Shown here one piece after another: positions 1 to 9,184 of a stretch of DNA of 25,821 bases (position 1 is its first letter; every line of letters begins with the position of its first letter). Origin of the DNA: Cyanobacteria bacterium P01_D01_bin.156 (GTDB taxonomy: Bacteria > Cyanobacteriota > Cyanobacteriia > Phormidesmidales > Phormidesmidaceae). The stretch is taken from NCBI GenBank assembly GCA_039024555.1, contig JBCCQQ010000076.1:1-25821 (forward strand). The letters run 5' to 3'. Below the pieces are notes generated by a model. The model was not told the origin of the DNA, did not search any database, and was given only the letters and a program-made list of their open reading frames with translations. The position numbers were made by a program, and so were the translations under genes.

Positions 1-296
1 GCTAAATGGCCCACTTTTTGGAGTAGACCCGGTATCATGCAAATCATAGCTATTCAGGTGGGTTTGTCTGTTAACAAAACCTTAGAGCCTGAATAGCTTT
101 TCTGGCTAGTTCTCTCGCTTTTCTGTCCGGACTATTGTTATGAATCCTGGCTCCTTCCTGGTTTGTCCTCACTATGCACAGTGACAGGTAAAGGTTAAAC
201 CATTAGTCTATCTACCACCAAAGATATCTGGGAGCGCTAAAAGCGAGATTTGATAGAAGGCTGTGCGTGCCCTTAATTGTTTTATGGTGTAGGACT

Positions 297-343
297 TCAA
301 CAAAAGAGCCTGCCAAAGAAAAAATGGCAGGCTCTTTTGTTGA
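297..343. terminator. Intrinsic terminator downstream of gnd, probably bidirectional
   Basis: Perfect 19-bp inverted repeat TCAACAAAAGAGCCTGCCA (297-315) / TGGCAGGCTCTTTTGTTGA (325-343) with a 9-nt loop. T-tracts on both strands; 16 nt past the gnd stop. Confidence 0.85.
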
Positions 344-359
344 CTAAAACAAAAATACC

Positions 360-1778
360 TTAGACGGCTGCCGTTTCCTTAGTCCATTCAGTGTGAAACA
401 CACCTTCTTTATCCACACGCTTGTAGGTGTGGGCACCAAAGTAATCTCTTTGCGCCTGGGTGAGATTTTGAGGTAGCTGAGCCCGACGATAGCTATCAAA
501 GTAATCTAATGACGCACTAAACGCAGGCACTGGCACACCATACTGAGCAGCCATGGCAACTACATCACGCCAAGCTGCCTGACGATCCAAAATTGTTTGC
601 TTAAATTCTGGAGCCAGCAACAAATTAGGCAATGCAGGGTTTTCACTAAATGCATGTTTAATCTTGTTGAGGAAGCGCGCCCGAATAATGCAACCGCCCT
701 TCCAGATCCGAGCACATTCACCTAGGTCTAGATCGTAATTGTATGTTTCTGACGCCTTACGCAACAGGGCCATGCCTTGAGCATAGGAACAAATTTTTGA
801 ACAATATAAGGCATCACGAATTTTGTTGACCCACAGAGTGGCATTCTCAGTGATTTTGCCCTCGGGACCGCTAATCTGGGTAGATGCCGCCACGCGCTCA
901 TCCTTAAGAGATGACATAATCCGAGCGTTGACCGCGGCTGTAATGGTGGGAATACTTACACCCATTTCCAAGGCATTCATCACAGTCCAACGACCTGTAC
1001 CCTTTTGCCCTGCAGCATCCAAAATTTTCTCTACTAACGCTGTATCCCCTTCGGTCTTAGTAAAGATGTCAGCTGTGATTTCAATTAAGAAAGAATCTAG
1101 TTCCTCAGTGGTGTTCCACTGAGCAAAGATTTCATGGAGCTGTTGATGCCCCAGACCCAATACATTTTTCATCAGGTCGTAAGCTTCGGCAATTAGCTGC
1201 ATATCGCCATACTCAATGCCATTGTGAACCATTTTGACATAGTGACCAGCTCCACCCGAGCCAATGTAGGTTACACAGGGGCCATCATCCACCTGGGCCG
1301 CAATTTTTCTAACGATAGGTTCAATGGACTCGTAAGCCGCACGGCTGCCACCAGGCATTAAGCTGGGACCATTTAGAGCCCCTTCCTCACCGCCGCTCAC
1401 GCCCATCCCAATAAAGCGGAAGCCTGCCGATTCCAATGTTGTAACGCGACGCTCCGTATCTTCATATAGGGAGTTACCACCGTCGATGATCATATCGTCG
1501 GGATCAAGCAGGGGCATAAGCTGCTCAATGACGGCATCCACTGGCTTACCTGCCTTGACCATTAATAAAATGCGGCGTGGACGTTCCAGAGACGCAACAA
1601 ATTCCTCTAAGGAATAGGCTGCAACAACATTTTTACCAACCGCTCGGTTGGTCATGAAAGCTTGAGTTTTTTCAGGGGATCGATTGTAAACAGAGATGGG
1701 AAACCCATTGCGTTCAACGTTGAGGGCCAGATTTTCCCCCATGACCGCTAGGCCAATTACTCCAAAACTTTGTGACAT
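360..1778 (-). CDS. gnd: 6-phosphogluconate dehydrogenase, NADP-dependent, decarboxylating (472 aa)
   Basis: Motifs GVIGLAVMG, IIDGGN, GVSGGEEGA, GHYVKMVHNGIEYGDMQ, QKGTG and QAQRDYFGAHTY. The likely start is ATG at 1778 (MSQSFG), preceded by AGGA; the ORF track's 53-codon extension is not gnd-like. Confidence 0.97.
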   Translation of the reverse strand: MSQSFGVIGLAVMGENLALNVERNGFPISVYNRSPEKTQAFMTNRAVGKNVVAAYSLEEFVASLERPRRILLMVKAGKPVDAVIEQLMPLLDPDDMIIDGGNSLYEDTERRVTTLESAGFRFIGMGVSGGEEGALNGPSLMPGGSRAAYESIEPIVRKIAAQVDDGPCVTYIGSGGAGHYVKMVHNGIEYGDMQLIAEAYDLMKNVLGLGHQQLHEIFAQWNTTEELDSFLIEITADIFTKTEGDTALVEKILDAAGQKGTGRWTVMNALEMGVSIPTITAAVNARIMSSLKDERVAASTQISGPEGKITENATLWVNKIRDALYCSKICSYAQGMALLRKASETYNYDLDLGECARIWKGGCIIRARFLNKIKHAFSENPALPNLLLAPEFKQTILDRQAAWRDVVAMAAQYGVPVPAFSASLDYFDSYRRAQLPQNLTQAQRDYFGAHTYKRVDKEGVFHTEWTKETAAV

Positions 1779-2077
1779 AACTTGTTTCCTAGTGTCTAAT
1801 GTGTGGCCATACCCACGCCTTGAATTTGGTGCAGAGAGAAACTCAACTTTCAAGGTTAGATATGGTGTTGGCGCTATTTGGCTACCAGCGTAGACACAAT
1901 TTTCTAAAACATGGACGGACCCATAGGTTTTCTTCAAACTCCATCCGATTCACCCCATATCAATGTTTTTTAGTCACTGGCTAAAAAAAACATAGACAGG
2001 TATGTTTGCGTCATTTAGTACAATTGAACTATATTTAGGTTCGAATGTCTCGTTTAGTAATTTCAATCGTGGCATTG

Positions 2078-2117
2078 TCATGCAGGCAACCTATGGCATG
2101 CCGAGGTTGCGGCATGA
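2078..2117. promoter_or_regulatory. Imperfect dyad in the gnd/parM divergent intergenic region (candidate operator)
   Basis: TCATGC (2078-83) pairs with GCATGA (2112-17), and GCAACCT (2086-92) pairs with AGGTTGC (2104-10), around the central palindrome GGCATGCC (2095-2102). Confidence 0.35.
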
Positions 2118-2236
2118 TGTACAGAACTTAACTGACTAGCTGCCTGGGGAAGGTTTGCCTAGGGGCGGCTTCGCAGTAGTATCTGTCTTAGTTGCTTTTT
2201 ACGTTATCTGAAGTTTTTTAGCTCCTAACTTGCGTT

Positions 2237-3277
2237 ATGCCTACTCAAAAGATAAAGCTCCTTAGTATTGACTTGGGTCGTACCGCTACCAAAACCTGTG
2301 TAAAACGTAGTCAGGGAGATGTGGTGCTGATCCCGTCAAATGTTGCCCATCTGACGGTAGAGCAGGTGCGACGCGGTGGCTTTGAATCTCAACCCAGCGA
2401 TCCGCTTCTAGATATGTGGTTGGAATATCAGGGTAAGGGCTATGCGGTGGGTCACTTAGCAGCTGACTTTGGGGCTGACTTGGGAGTAGGGCAGTCCAAG
2501 GTAGATGATGCGTTAGTAAAAACATTGGCCTGTGTAGGCTATTTTGGCCTAAAGGGGAATCTGGGCGTGGTTTTGGGGCTGCCCTATCATTCTCAAGAGC
2601 AGTTTGATGCCGAAAAGTCTGAAATTATTAGTTTGCTAACATCTCCCCATGTGATGAGCTATCGGGGACAGTCCACGGAAATTAATGTGGAGAAGGTATG
2701 GGTGATGCCTGAGGGCTACGGCAGTCTAATTTGGAGTGAAGCCCAAAGTAAGCGTAGTTCCAGCCCTGATTTTCCGAATCTATCGGTGGCAATTGTGGAC
2801 ATTGGCCATCAAACTACTGACTTTTTGGCGATTGACCGGTTCCGCTTTGCCCGTGGTGCATCCCAAAGTGAATCCTTTGGGATGGCACAGTTCTATGAGC
2901 GGGTGGCCGCCCAGATCGATGGGGCCGACAGTCAGTCCCTATCGCTAATTGAGGCGGTACACCGAGCGGAGGGAGATCGGTTTTATCGTCCCAAGGGGGC
3001 GGCACGACCCACTGACTTGGATGAAATTTTACCCAGTCTACGTAAGAGTTTTGCCCGTGAGCTTTCTCAGCGTTTTTTGAACTGGCTACCGGAGCGGTCT
3101 ACGGATGTGATTGTGACCGGTGGTGGTGGTGAATTTTTCTGGAATGAGCTGCGTCCCTTACTAAAGGATGCAAAGCTGAAGGGACATCTGGCGAAGCCAT
3201 CCCGCCAGGCAAATGCGTTGGGTCAATATATATATGGTGAAGCCCAGCTGGCTAATTTAAAGGCTACCGCCAGTTAG
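2237..3277 (+). CDS. ParM/StbA-family actin-like ATPase (chromosomal, CorM-like)
   Basis: Actin-fold motifs: phosphate-1 SIDLGRTATK, connect VMPEGYG, phosphate-2 IVDIGHQTTD and adenosine VTGGGG. 346 aa, followed by a small RHH-like gene. Confidence 0.9.
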   Translation: MPTQKIKLLSIDLGRTATKTCVKRSQGDVVLIPSNVAHLTVEQVRRGGFESQPSDPLLDMWLEYQGKGYAVGHLAADFGADLGVGQSKVDDALVKTLACVGYFGLKGNLGVVLGLPYHSQEQFDAEKSEIISLLTSPHVMSYRGQSTEINVEKVWVMPEGYGSLIWSEAQSKRSSSPDFPNLSVAIVDIGHQTTDFLAIDRFRFARGASQSESFGMAQFYERVAAQIDGADSQSLSLIEAVHRAEGDRFYRPKGAARPTDLDEILPSLRKSFARELSQRFLNWLPERSTDVIVTGGGGEFFWNELRPLLKDAKLKGHLAKPSRQANALGQYIYGEAQLANLKATAS

Positions 3278-3343
3278 ATTGACGGGCTGCCCCTAGCTAT
3301 GCATTATTGGGAGCAGTATTTGCCCTGCTTCCAGTAACTTGCT

Positions 3344-3739
3344 ATGGCTGCTAAATCCATCCGTAAAAGCATTTCCTTTGACGATAGCGATGGAGACAGG
3401 GCTTTGTTGGATGCGATCGCAATACACCAATCTGAACAGCAGCAAACCTTTAGCGATTTATGTAAGCAAGCACTGCGTCAGTATCTACTGAACCGAGAAG
3501 CATCCCAGCCAGTGATGTTGTTTATGGAACTACAGCATCAGCTTACTCAACTTAACATTCGAGTAGCCGCACTAGAACGAAGCACTCATTCCCCAGCAAC
3601 CTTCGAACAAAAAATATCTGAAGAACCATTAGCCTCAGAATTAACAGCATCAGAGCCTGAGGAACAAGTCTTAGATATAGAAGAACCCAATAATGACCCT
3701 GTCCTCAGTCGTTTAGGGCCTTTATTGGACGATTTTTAA
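3344..3739 (+). CDS. ParR-like ribbon-helix-helix adaptor (CorR-like)
   Basis: N-terminal strand (KSISF) then two helices (DRALLDAI; TFSDLCKQALRQYL), a coiled coil (LQHQLTQLNIRVAALE), an acidic linker and a short C-terminal helix (DPVLSRLGPLLDDF). Lies 66 nt after the parM-like gene; an in-frame TAA at 3335 precludes any N-terminal extension. Confidence 0.75.
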   Translation: MAAKSIRKSISFDDSDGDRALLDAIAIHQSEQQQTFSDLCKQALRQYLLNREASQPVMLFMELQHQLTQLNIRVAALERSTHSPATFEQKISEEPLASELTASEPEEQVLDIEEPNNDPVLSRLGPLLDDF

Positions 3740-4058
3740 TCAGATTACGTAGGACTACTGTTGGGGATAACAACACAATCTTCAAAAAAAATGATGAACT
3801 AACCTTCACACTTCATCAAATCTTGCTTATCTTCGGCAATAACCCCGGTAGCATAACTCTAAGGGTGTATTAAAAACTTTATGTATTTGGGGGTTTCAAT
3901 GATCTCATCGTTCTCTTAATTAGCGTTTGGAACTTGTCTAGAACGGCTTTTTTATCATCGAGAGCGTTGTTCTTATCCGTCATGCATGCAAGCCGGTTGG
4001 AACTGAGGGAATTGACTTGTGAATCCTTACTCTTTAGCTGGTTCATAGGCGGACTGTA

Positions 4059-5582
4059 ATGAAAACAATTAAACTTTTGTCAGCCGGTCGCTGGTTGGCT
4101 TTGGTTGGCACCTCCCTTGGGATAGTGCTGTCATTGCCTGGGACTGCTGTTGCTCGCTCTGCGCTGACCTGGGCTCGGCTAGAGCTAGTTCGTAATCAGG
4201 TACAGTTAGTTACCGATGGCCAGTCTCGTAGAGCTCAAGTGTCCGATGTTCTGGGCATTAATGATGCCCTCAGTACAGCCCGTAGGGCGCGAGCTGAGCT
4301 AAGGTTTAACGATGGTTCGCTGGCCCGCATTGGTGAAAGTGCTATCTTTCGATTTACTCCAAATACCCGAAATTTTCGGCTCTCCAACGGGACAGTCTTG
4401 TTGCTGATTCCCCCAGGCCAAGGACGAACGACTATCCAAACGCCCAATGCAGTGACTGGTATTCGTGGGTCAGCCTTGTTTGTTCGCTTTATCCCCGAAA
4501 CAAACACTACTGTTATTGGTGCTCTAACTACAAATCCTGAAGGTCCAATGATGGCCTTCAATGAAGATGGCTCCATGCAGCAACCTCTCAATGCTGGAGA
4601 AATGGCAGTCGTGAGAGGAGATGGCCTGATTCAGCACTTTGAATTTGACTTAAAGGAATTCTATTCCACAAGTGAGATAGTTTCTGGACTATATCTAAAT
4701 GATAAAACTGTCTCGATGAATGATGTACACATCGATGCAGTTCGGCAGGAAACCTTAGCTGCCTTAGAGCAGCAAGGAGAATTTGAAGATAGTGAGACTG
4801 ATACTATACAAGAAAATCCGGTATTTCTCTCTTCTCGACCTGCTGGTGCAGTGGCGCTAAATACTAACATACCTGCCTTTGAATCATCACCAGCGGCAGC
4901 CTTTTTACAACGGCGACGCACGACAGATCGGTTTGCCGGAATACTACGTGAAACCGTAGAGCAACCTGAACCCAGTCTTAGACAACAATTTCGACAACAA
5001 CCAGTGCGCCAACAGCCTGTTGTTGCCCAACCAAGTGGCACAACGACAGCTACCCCACCGCCAACGCAGGAGGTTCCGGTTAAACCAGATTTATCTATTC
5101 CACCAACCACCAGCCCGAATGATGCCATTATTCCTTCTAACCCTAATCAAGAGGTCATTACCCCCATCGAGCAACCGCTTGTCAAACCGACCTTGGAGAT
5201 AATTCCAGAAACAGTTCCTGAAACTACTATCGTTCCAGAAACAATACCTGAAACGCTCCCCGACAGCACAGTTTTTATATCAGAGCCAGTGCCGCAAGAA
5301 TCAACCTTGTCAGAAAGCTTTATCCTTCAGGAATCCACAGCCCTACCAGCAGAGACCCTAGTGCCATCAGAAGCGGCTGGATTTAGTACTTTAGAAAACA
5401 TTGAAATTATTGAATCAGCTACAGAGCCAGAGGTAGAAGCTCAGCTGGAGCGTCTACCAGGAAATATTGTTCAAGACATGCAATCAGAAACAGGCAATGT
5501 TGATGGAAATTCTTCAGCGTCAAACAGTTCTGATCCAATGATGGACGGTTCCGGAGCTCAAGGTCAAGGAGGCAATCCATAG
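4059..5582 (+). CDS. Exported FecR-domain protein with long Pro/Glu/Thr-rich tail
   Basis: Signal peptide (..LPGTAVA|R), then a FecR-like core (ARAELRFNDGSLARIGESAIFRF; TTIQTPNAVTGIRGS). The C-terminal half is low complexity, with PET repeats. Confidence 0.85.
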   Translation: MKTIKLLSAGRWLALVGTSLGIVLSLPGTAVARSALTWARLELVRNQVQLVTDGQSRRAQVSDVLGINDALSTARRARAELRFNDGSLARIGESAIFRFTPNTRNFRLSNGTVLLLIPPGQGRTTIQTPNAVTGIRGSALFVRFIPETNTTVIGALTTNPEGPMMAFNEDGSMQQPLNAGEMAVVRGDGLIQHFEFDLKEFYSTSEIVSGLYLNDKTVSMNDVHIDAVRQETLAALEQQGEFEDSETDTIQENPVFLSSRPAGAVALNTNIPAFESSPAAAFLQRRRTTDRFAGILRETVEQPEPSLRQQFRQQPVRQQPVVAQPSGTTTATPPPTQEVPVKPDLSIPPTTSPNDAIIPSNPNQEVITPIEQPLVKPTLEIIPETVPETTIVPETIPETLPDSTVFISEPVPQESTLSESFILQESTALPAETLVPSEAAGFSTLENIEIIESATEPEVEAQLERLPGNIVQDMQSETGNVDGNSSASNSSDPMMDGSGAQGQGGNP

Positions 5583-5628
5583 GCTCTCGAAGGCTATAGG
5601 TGAAAGTGTTTAACTCCCTATGGATTCT

Positions 5629-7767
5629 CTATTTCGAGGAAGTATCTTTTGCTTGCCCATGAATGGGTAATAGAATCTGAAACGTTGTGCCTTTACCGAC
5701 ATGGGACTTCATACTAAGTTGTCCACCATGCTTCACTTCAATGATGTCTCGACTTATTGACAGTCCCATGCCAGTCCCTTTACCACTAGGTTTAGTCGTA
5801 AATAGATAATTAAAGACTTTAGCTTGAATTTCAGGGGAAATCCCTGGGCCATTATCAGTAATCTCGATCATGGCCCAGTTTCCCGTTGACGACGTCGTAA
5901 TAGTAATTACGTTAGGACGTTCTACGGCTAACTTGCTTAGCTCCTCTTCACATTCCTCCTGTAGAGCATCAATTGCATTGCTTAGCAAATTCATCAAAAC
6001 CTGATTCAAAGGGCCTGGATAACAAAGAACTAGGGGTAATTTGCCATAATCACGCTTTATTTGAATGCCTTCAAAATCACCATTGGAGCGTAAACGGTGA
6101 TCCAGTATGGCTAGCGTACTTTCAATACCATCCTCAAGATGGACATGTTTTTGGTCTGCTTCATCCAAACGAGAGTAGTTGCGAAGAGATTTGACAATTT
6201 CTTGAATTCGTTCTGCACCCGTTTCAATAGAGTTAATTAGCTTTCTAAAGTCACTTGTGAGAAAGTCAATATCAATCTCATCAGCATATGCTTTAATTTC
6301 TTCTGAAGAAGCGCCCTTAAGGACCATAGATGATAAATGAATCAAGCTATCTGTATATTCTTGAGCAAACTTGACATTACCGTAAATGAAACTGACTGGA
6401 TTATTAATTTCATGGGCAACGCCAGCCACCAGTTGTCCTAAACTTGACATTTTTTCAGCATGGACAAGCTGATGCTGGGTCTCAGTTAAATCCACAATTG
6501 TCCTTTCTAACTCAATAGCCTTTTGCTCTATGCTACAGTTGTAATCCGATAGCTGCTGTTGCGAAGACCGCAACCTAGATGTCATTTGATTAAACGTTTT
6601 CGCCAAGTAACCGACTTCATCTTGAGTCGTCACAGGGGCTGTTACATTGAGATCTCCTTGAGCGACTTTAAGAGCCGTTTTTGAAATAGCTAATATGGGC
6701 TGAGAAATTTGACGGGCTAAAAAATAAATGCCTAGAGAGAGCAAAATTGCTGAGATTCCACCGATTGCAAAAATATTTCCCAATAGAGTACGAGCCTGCT
6801 GAAGAGCCTCTTCTCTAGGAACTTCTACTAGTAACGCCAGACTGTAGTTCTGCAGCCATCGGTAAACACCAATTACCTCAGTACCCCGATAGTTTGAGTA
6901 AGAACCAGTTCCATTTAGGCCTTGTACAGCAGCATCAATCCCTTCAGTATGCACCCCTCTAGGAAACCCCTCTCGCCCAAACCCTTTGGCGGATACAAAT
7001 ACATTAAACTGATCCACAACGTAGGACTCTAAGCTATTGTCGTTAGTGGGCTCAGATGTCTGTAAAATATCGTCCATCCGATGTGAGTCAAGATTAATTG
7101 CCAACACACCAATGGGGGTATTAGCCAAACTCAGCAACGGTATGGAAATCGTCATCGTTGGACGCTGTTTAACAGGTGATGGATAGACTCCCTGAATAAA
7201 AAGCCCCTTTTTGCCTTCAAGAAAATACGTATCAGCCAAGCGATACTTACCTTCTTGAGTTGGATCGGTTGAAAAAACGACTTCTCCGCCAATATGGGTT
7301 AGTAAAAATATTTCTTGTACACTCTGTTGATTAGCTAATAAGTTGTTGAAGTATTGATGTAACCAGCCGTAGTTTTCGTCGTAATAGTATTTTGCACTAG
7401 ACTGAGAACGCCCAGAGTCTATATTGGAGTGCTCGATAAATTTAGCGGCAGCACGACGGACATCTGTTAAACTTGCCTGGCTAACCAGAAAATTTTTCTG
7501 GTCCTCAACCCAGCGGTCAAGAGAAGCTTCTCTAATATCTGCGACTGCTTCCAGTCTTTTTAAGACACCAACCTCTAATGCTTGAGACGCTAGAATATAG
7601 GCTGAAAAACTGGCTGCAGCAACCGCAAGTAGTGAGAGCAACAGAAATGATACTGTCAAACGTACTATTAAAGTACGCCTCCAGCTTTGATAAAGACTAC
7701 AAACCCCTGACGCTATCTTTTCTATACCCGAGAGCGCTGTGTTCGCAGTCGTACTCTGTAGCTCCAT
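5629..7767 (-). CDS. Sensor histidine kinase: TM-Cache-TM-HAMP-HisKA-HATPase
   Basis: Two TM segments around a dCache-like region (YFLEGK, TISIPL, GVLAINL, YSNYRGTEVIGVYRWL). HAMP (QDEVGYLAKTFNQM), H-box GVAHEINNP, N-box QVLMNLLSNAIDA, G-boxes DNGPGI and GKGTGMGL. Confidence 0.93.
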   Translation of the reverse strand: MELQSTTANTALSGIEKIASGVCSLYQSWRRTLIVRLTVSFLLLSLLAVAAASFSAYILASQALEVGVLKRLEAVADIREASLDRWVEDQKNFLVSQASLTDVRRAAAKFIEHSNIDSGRSQSSAKYYYDENYGWLHQYFNNLLANQQSVQEIFLLTHIGGEVVFSTDPTQEGKYRLADTYFLEGKKGLFIQGVYPSPVKQRPTMTISIPLLSLANTPIGVLAINLDSHRMDDILQTSEPTNDNSLESYVVDQFNVFVSAKGFGREGFPRGVHTEGIDAAVQGLNGTGSYSNYRGTEVIGVYRWLQNYSLALLVEVPREEALQQARTLLGNIFAIGGISAILLSLGIYFLARQISQPILAISKTALKVAQGDLNVTAPVTTQDEVGYLAKTFNQMTSRLRSSQQQLSDYNCSIEQKAIELERTIVDLTETQHQLVHAEKMSSLGQLVAGVAHEINNPVSFIYGNVKFAQEYTDSLIHLSSMVLKGASSEEIKAYADEIDIDFLTSDFRKLINSIETGAERIQEIVKSLRNYSRLDEADQKHVHLEDGIESTLAILDHRLRSNGDFEGIQIKRDYGKLPLVLCYPGPLNQVLMNLLSNAIDALQEECEEELSKLAVERPNVITITTSSTGNWAMIEITDNGPGISPEIQAKVFNYLFTTKPSGKGTGMGLSISRDIIEVKHGGQLSMKSHVGKGTTFQILLPIHGQAKDTSSK

Positions 7768-7770
7768 TGT

Positions 7771-8946
7771 TTAGTTAGGGCTTGCTAAACTTTCAAATTG
7801 AAATTGTTGATCCTGTACTTTCATGATAACAACACTTTTGACAGGGTCACCGCCCTGCTGATAGCCAATGACACCCGTGACTCCTCGATAGTCTTCAATA
7901 GCAGCTAATCCTTCACGAATAGCTTCAGGGTCAGACTGCTGCTGAGCCTCAATTGCATCAAACAAAAGCCCAAATGCATCGTAGGTTAATGCAGCAACAT
8001 CATTAGGAACATCACCATAGAGTTCCTGATAACGCTCTACAAAATCCTGAGCTTCCGTAGCCAAAATATCTGGAGCATAATGGCTTGTAAAAAGACTCCC
8101 TTCTAGAGGATCTGACAGTTCACTTTCAGAAATAGTCGCCCAGGCATCGGTGCCTAGGAGCGTGGCATCTATGCCTTGCTCTCGGACTAAACTAGCCTGT
8201 ATTGGAACTTCATTGGCGTAGTTAGGTAAATAAAGGACCTGAGGATCTCCTGACTGAATCTTCTGAAGCAGAGGAGTGAGGTCGGATGTATCCGGAGTAT
8301 AGGTCTCATTAGCAACAATCTGCCCACCTAGACTTTCAAATGCTTGTTGAAAAACTTCTGCCGAAGTTGTGTTGTGGGGTTGAGTGACATCGTAGAGTAT
8401 GGCTGCTTTTTGTGCTTTCAAATCCGCGTGAGCTAGCTTAGCCATTGCCTGGGCTGCAGCTGGATCAGTAAATGGAACCCGAAATACATAGCGCTTACCA
8501 AGTGTTGTTTTGGGGTTTGTTGACCATGGGCTGATGAGAGGAATTTGAGTCGCTTCTGCTACCTCTGCAGCGGGAATAGCATTGCGGCTAGCCTGTGGCC
8601 CGATGATGACCGCAACATTTTCCTGATTGATCAACTTTTGTGCTGATGCAACGGCTCCCTGAGGATTATCAGGACTATCGTTAACAATCAACTCGATTTG
8701 CTGTTGCCGACCATTAATCTCCAAGCCACCTGCAGCGTTAATCGGCTCTACAGCCATTTCTGCAGCATTAATAGTCGCTTGCCCAACTTCTGGAATATCG
8801 CCACTCAGAGAAACAATTAAACCGATCCGGATAGTGGAAAGAGACGATGATGACTGGCAGCTTGCAAACGCTAAGCTAATGGCGACTAAACCACCTATTA
8901 ATAAAAATTTGAATGCTTTTGGTATTCTACGGATACTATTTAGCAT
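7771..8946 (-). CDS. Branched-chain amino acid type (LivJ/LivK-like) solute-binding lipoprotein
   Basis: Lipobox LAFASC; motifs IRIGLIVSLSG, INAAGG, IIGPQAS, YVFRVPFTD, AALTYDA and YRGVTGVI. ATG 8946 (MLNSIRR) is preferred over 9015 because it gives a normal lipoprotein signal. The stop lies 3 nt before the kinase ATG. Confidence 0.88.
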   Translation of the reverse strand: MLNSIRRIPKAFKFLLIGGLVAISLAFASCQSSSSLSTIRIGLIVSLSGDIPEVGQATINAAEMAVEPINAAGGLEINGRQQQIELIVNDSPDNPQGAVASAQKLINQENVAVIIGPQASRNAIPAAEVAEATQIPLISPWSTNPKTTLGKRYVFRVPFTDPAAAQAMAKLAHADLKAQKAAILYDVTQPHNTTSAEVFQQAFESLGGQIVANETYTPDTSDLTPLLQKIQSGDPQVLYLPNYANEVPIQASLVREQGIDATLLGTDAWATISESELSDPLEGSLFTSHYAPDILATEAQDFVERYQELYGDVPNDVAALTYDAFGLLFDAIEAQQQSDPEAIREGLAAIEDYRGVTGVIGYQQGGDPVKSVVIMKVQDQQFQFESLASPN

Positions 8947-9030
8947 TTTTAAGGTGTACTCTACACTATTACACTTGTTGTTTCTCAGATTACCCAAAAA
9001 AGCATAAATATCCACTAAACAAGTTTAAAA

Positions 9031-9054
9031 CTTACACAGAAGCTTACACAGAAG
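9031..9054. repeat. Perfect 12-bp tandem direct repeat (CTTACACAGAAG x2)
   Basis: Read directly: 9031-9042 and 9043-9054. Confidence 0.8.
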
Positions 9055-9184
9055 GCTCTATTGCATGCTTAAGGCAAGGTATAAAGTATTACCACCTAAA
9101 TCGAGGAGTTAAATAGACTGAACATCTAGAATTCTCTATTGTTGAAAAGCTTAATGCTTCTTTGGCCTTACAGATTAACTAGGC

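Noticed and set aside
1779..1937. N-terminal 53-codon extension of gnd in the ORF track
   Set aside because: Gnd similarity begins at MSQSFG, which has an AGGA RBS; the extension is most likely UTR/promoter.
3860..3876. TAAGGGTGTATTAAAAA resembling the element end; also TCTTAGCAGCTCCT near 10426-10439
   Set aside because: Isolated partial matches with no second end or internal similarity; may be chance or very decayed relics.
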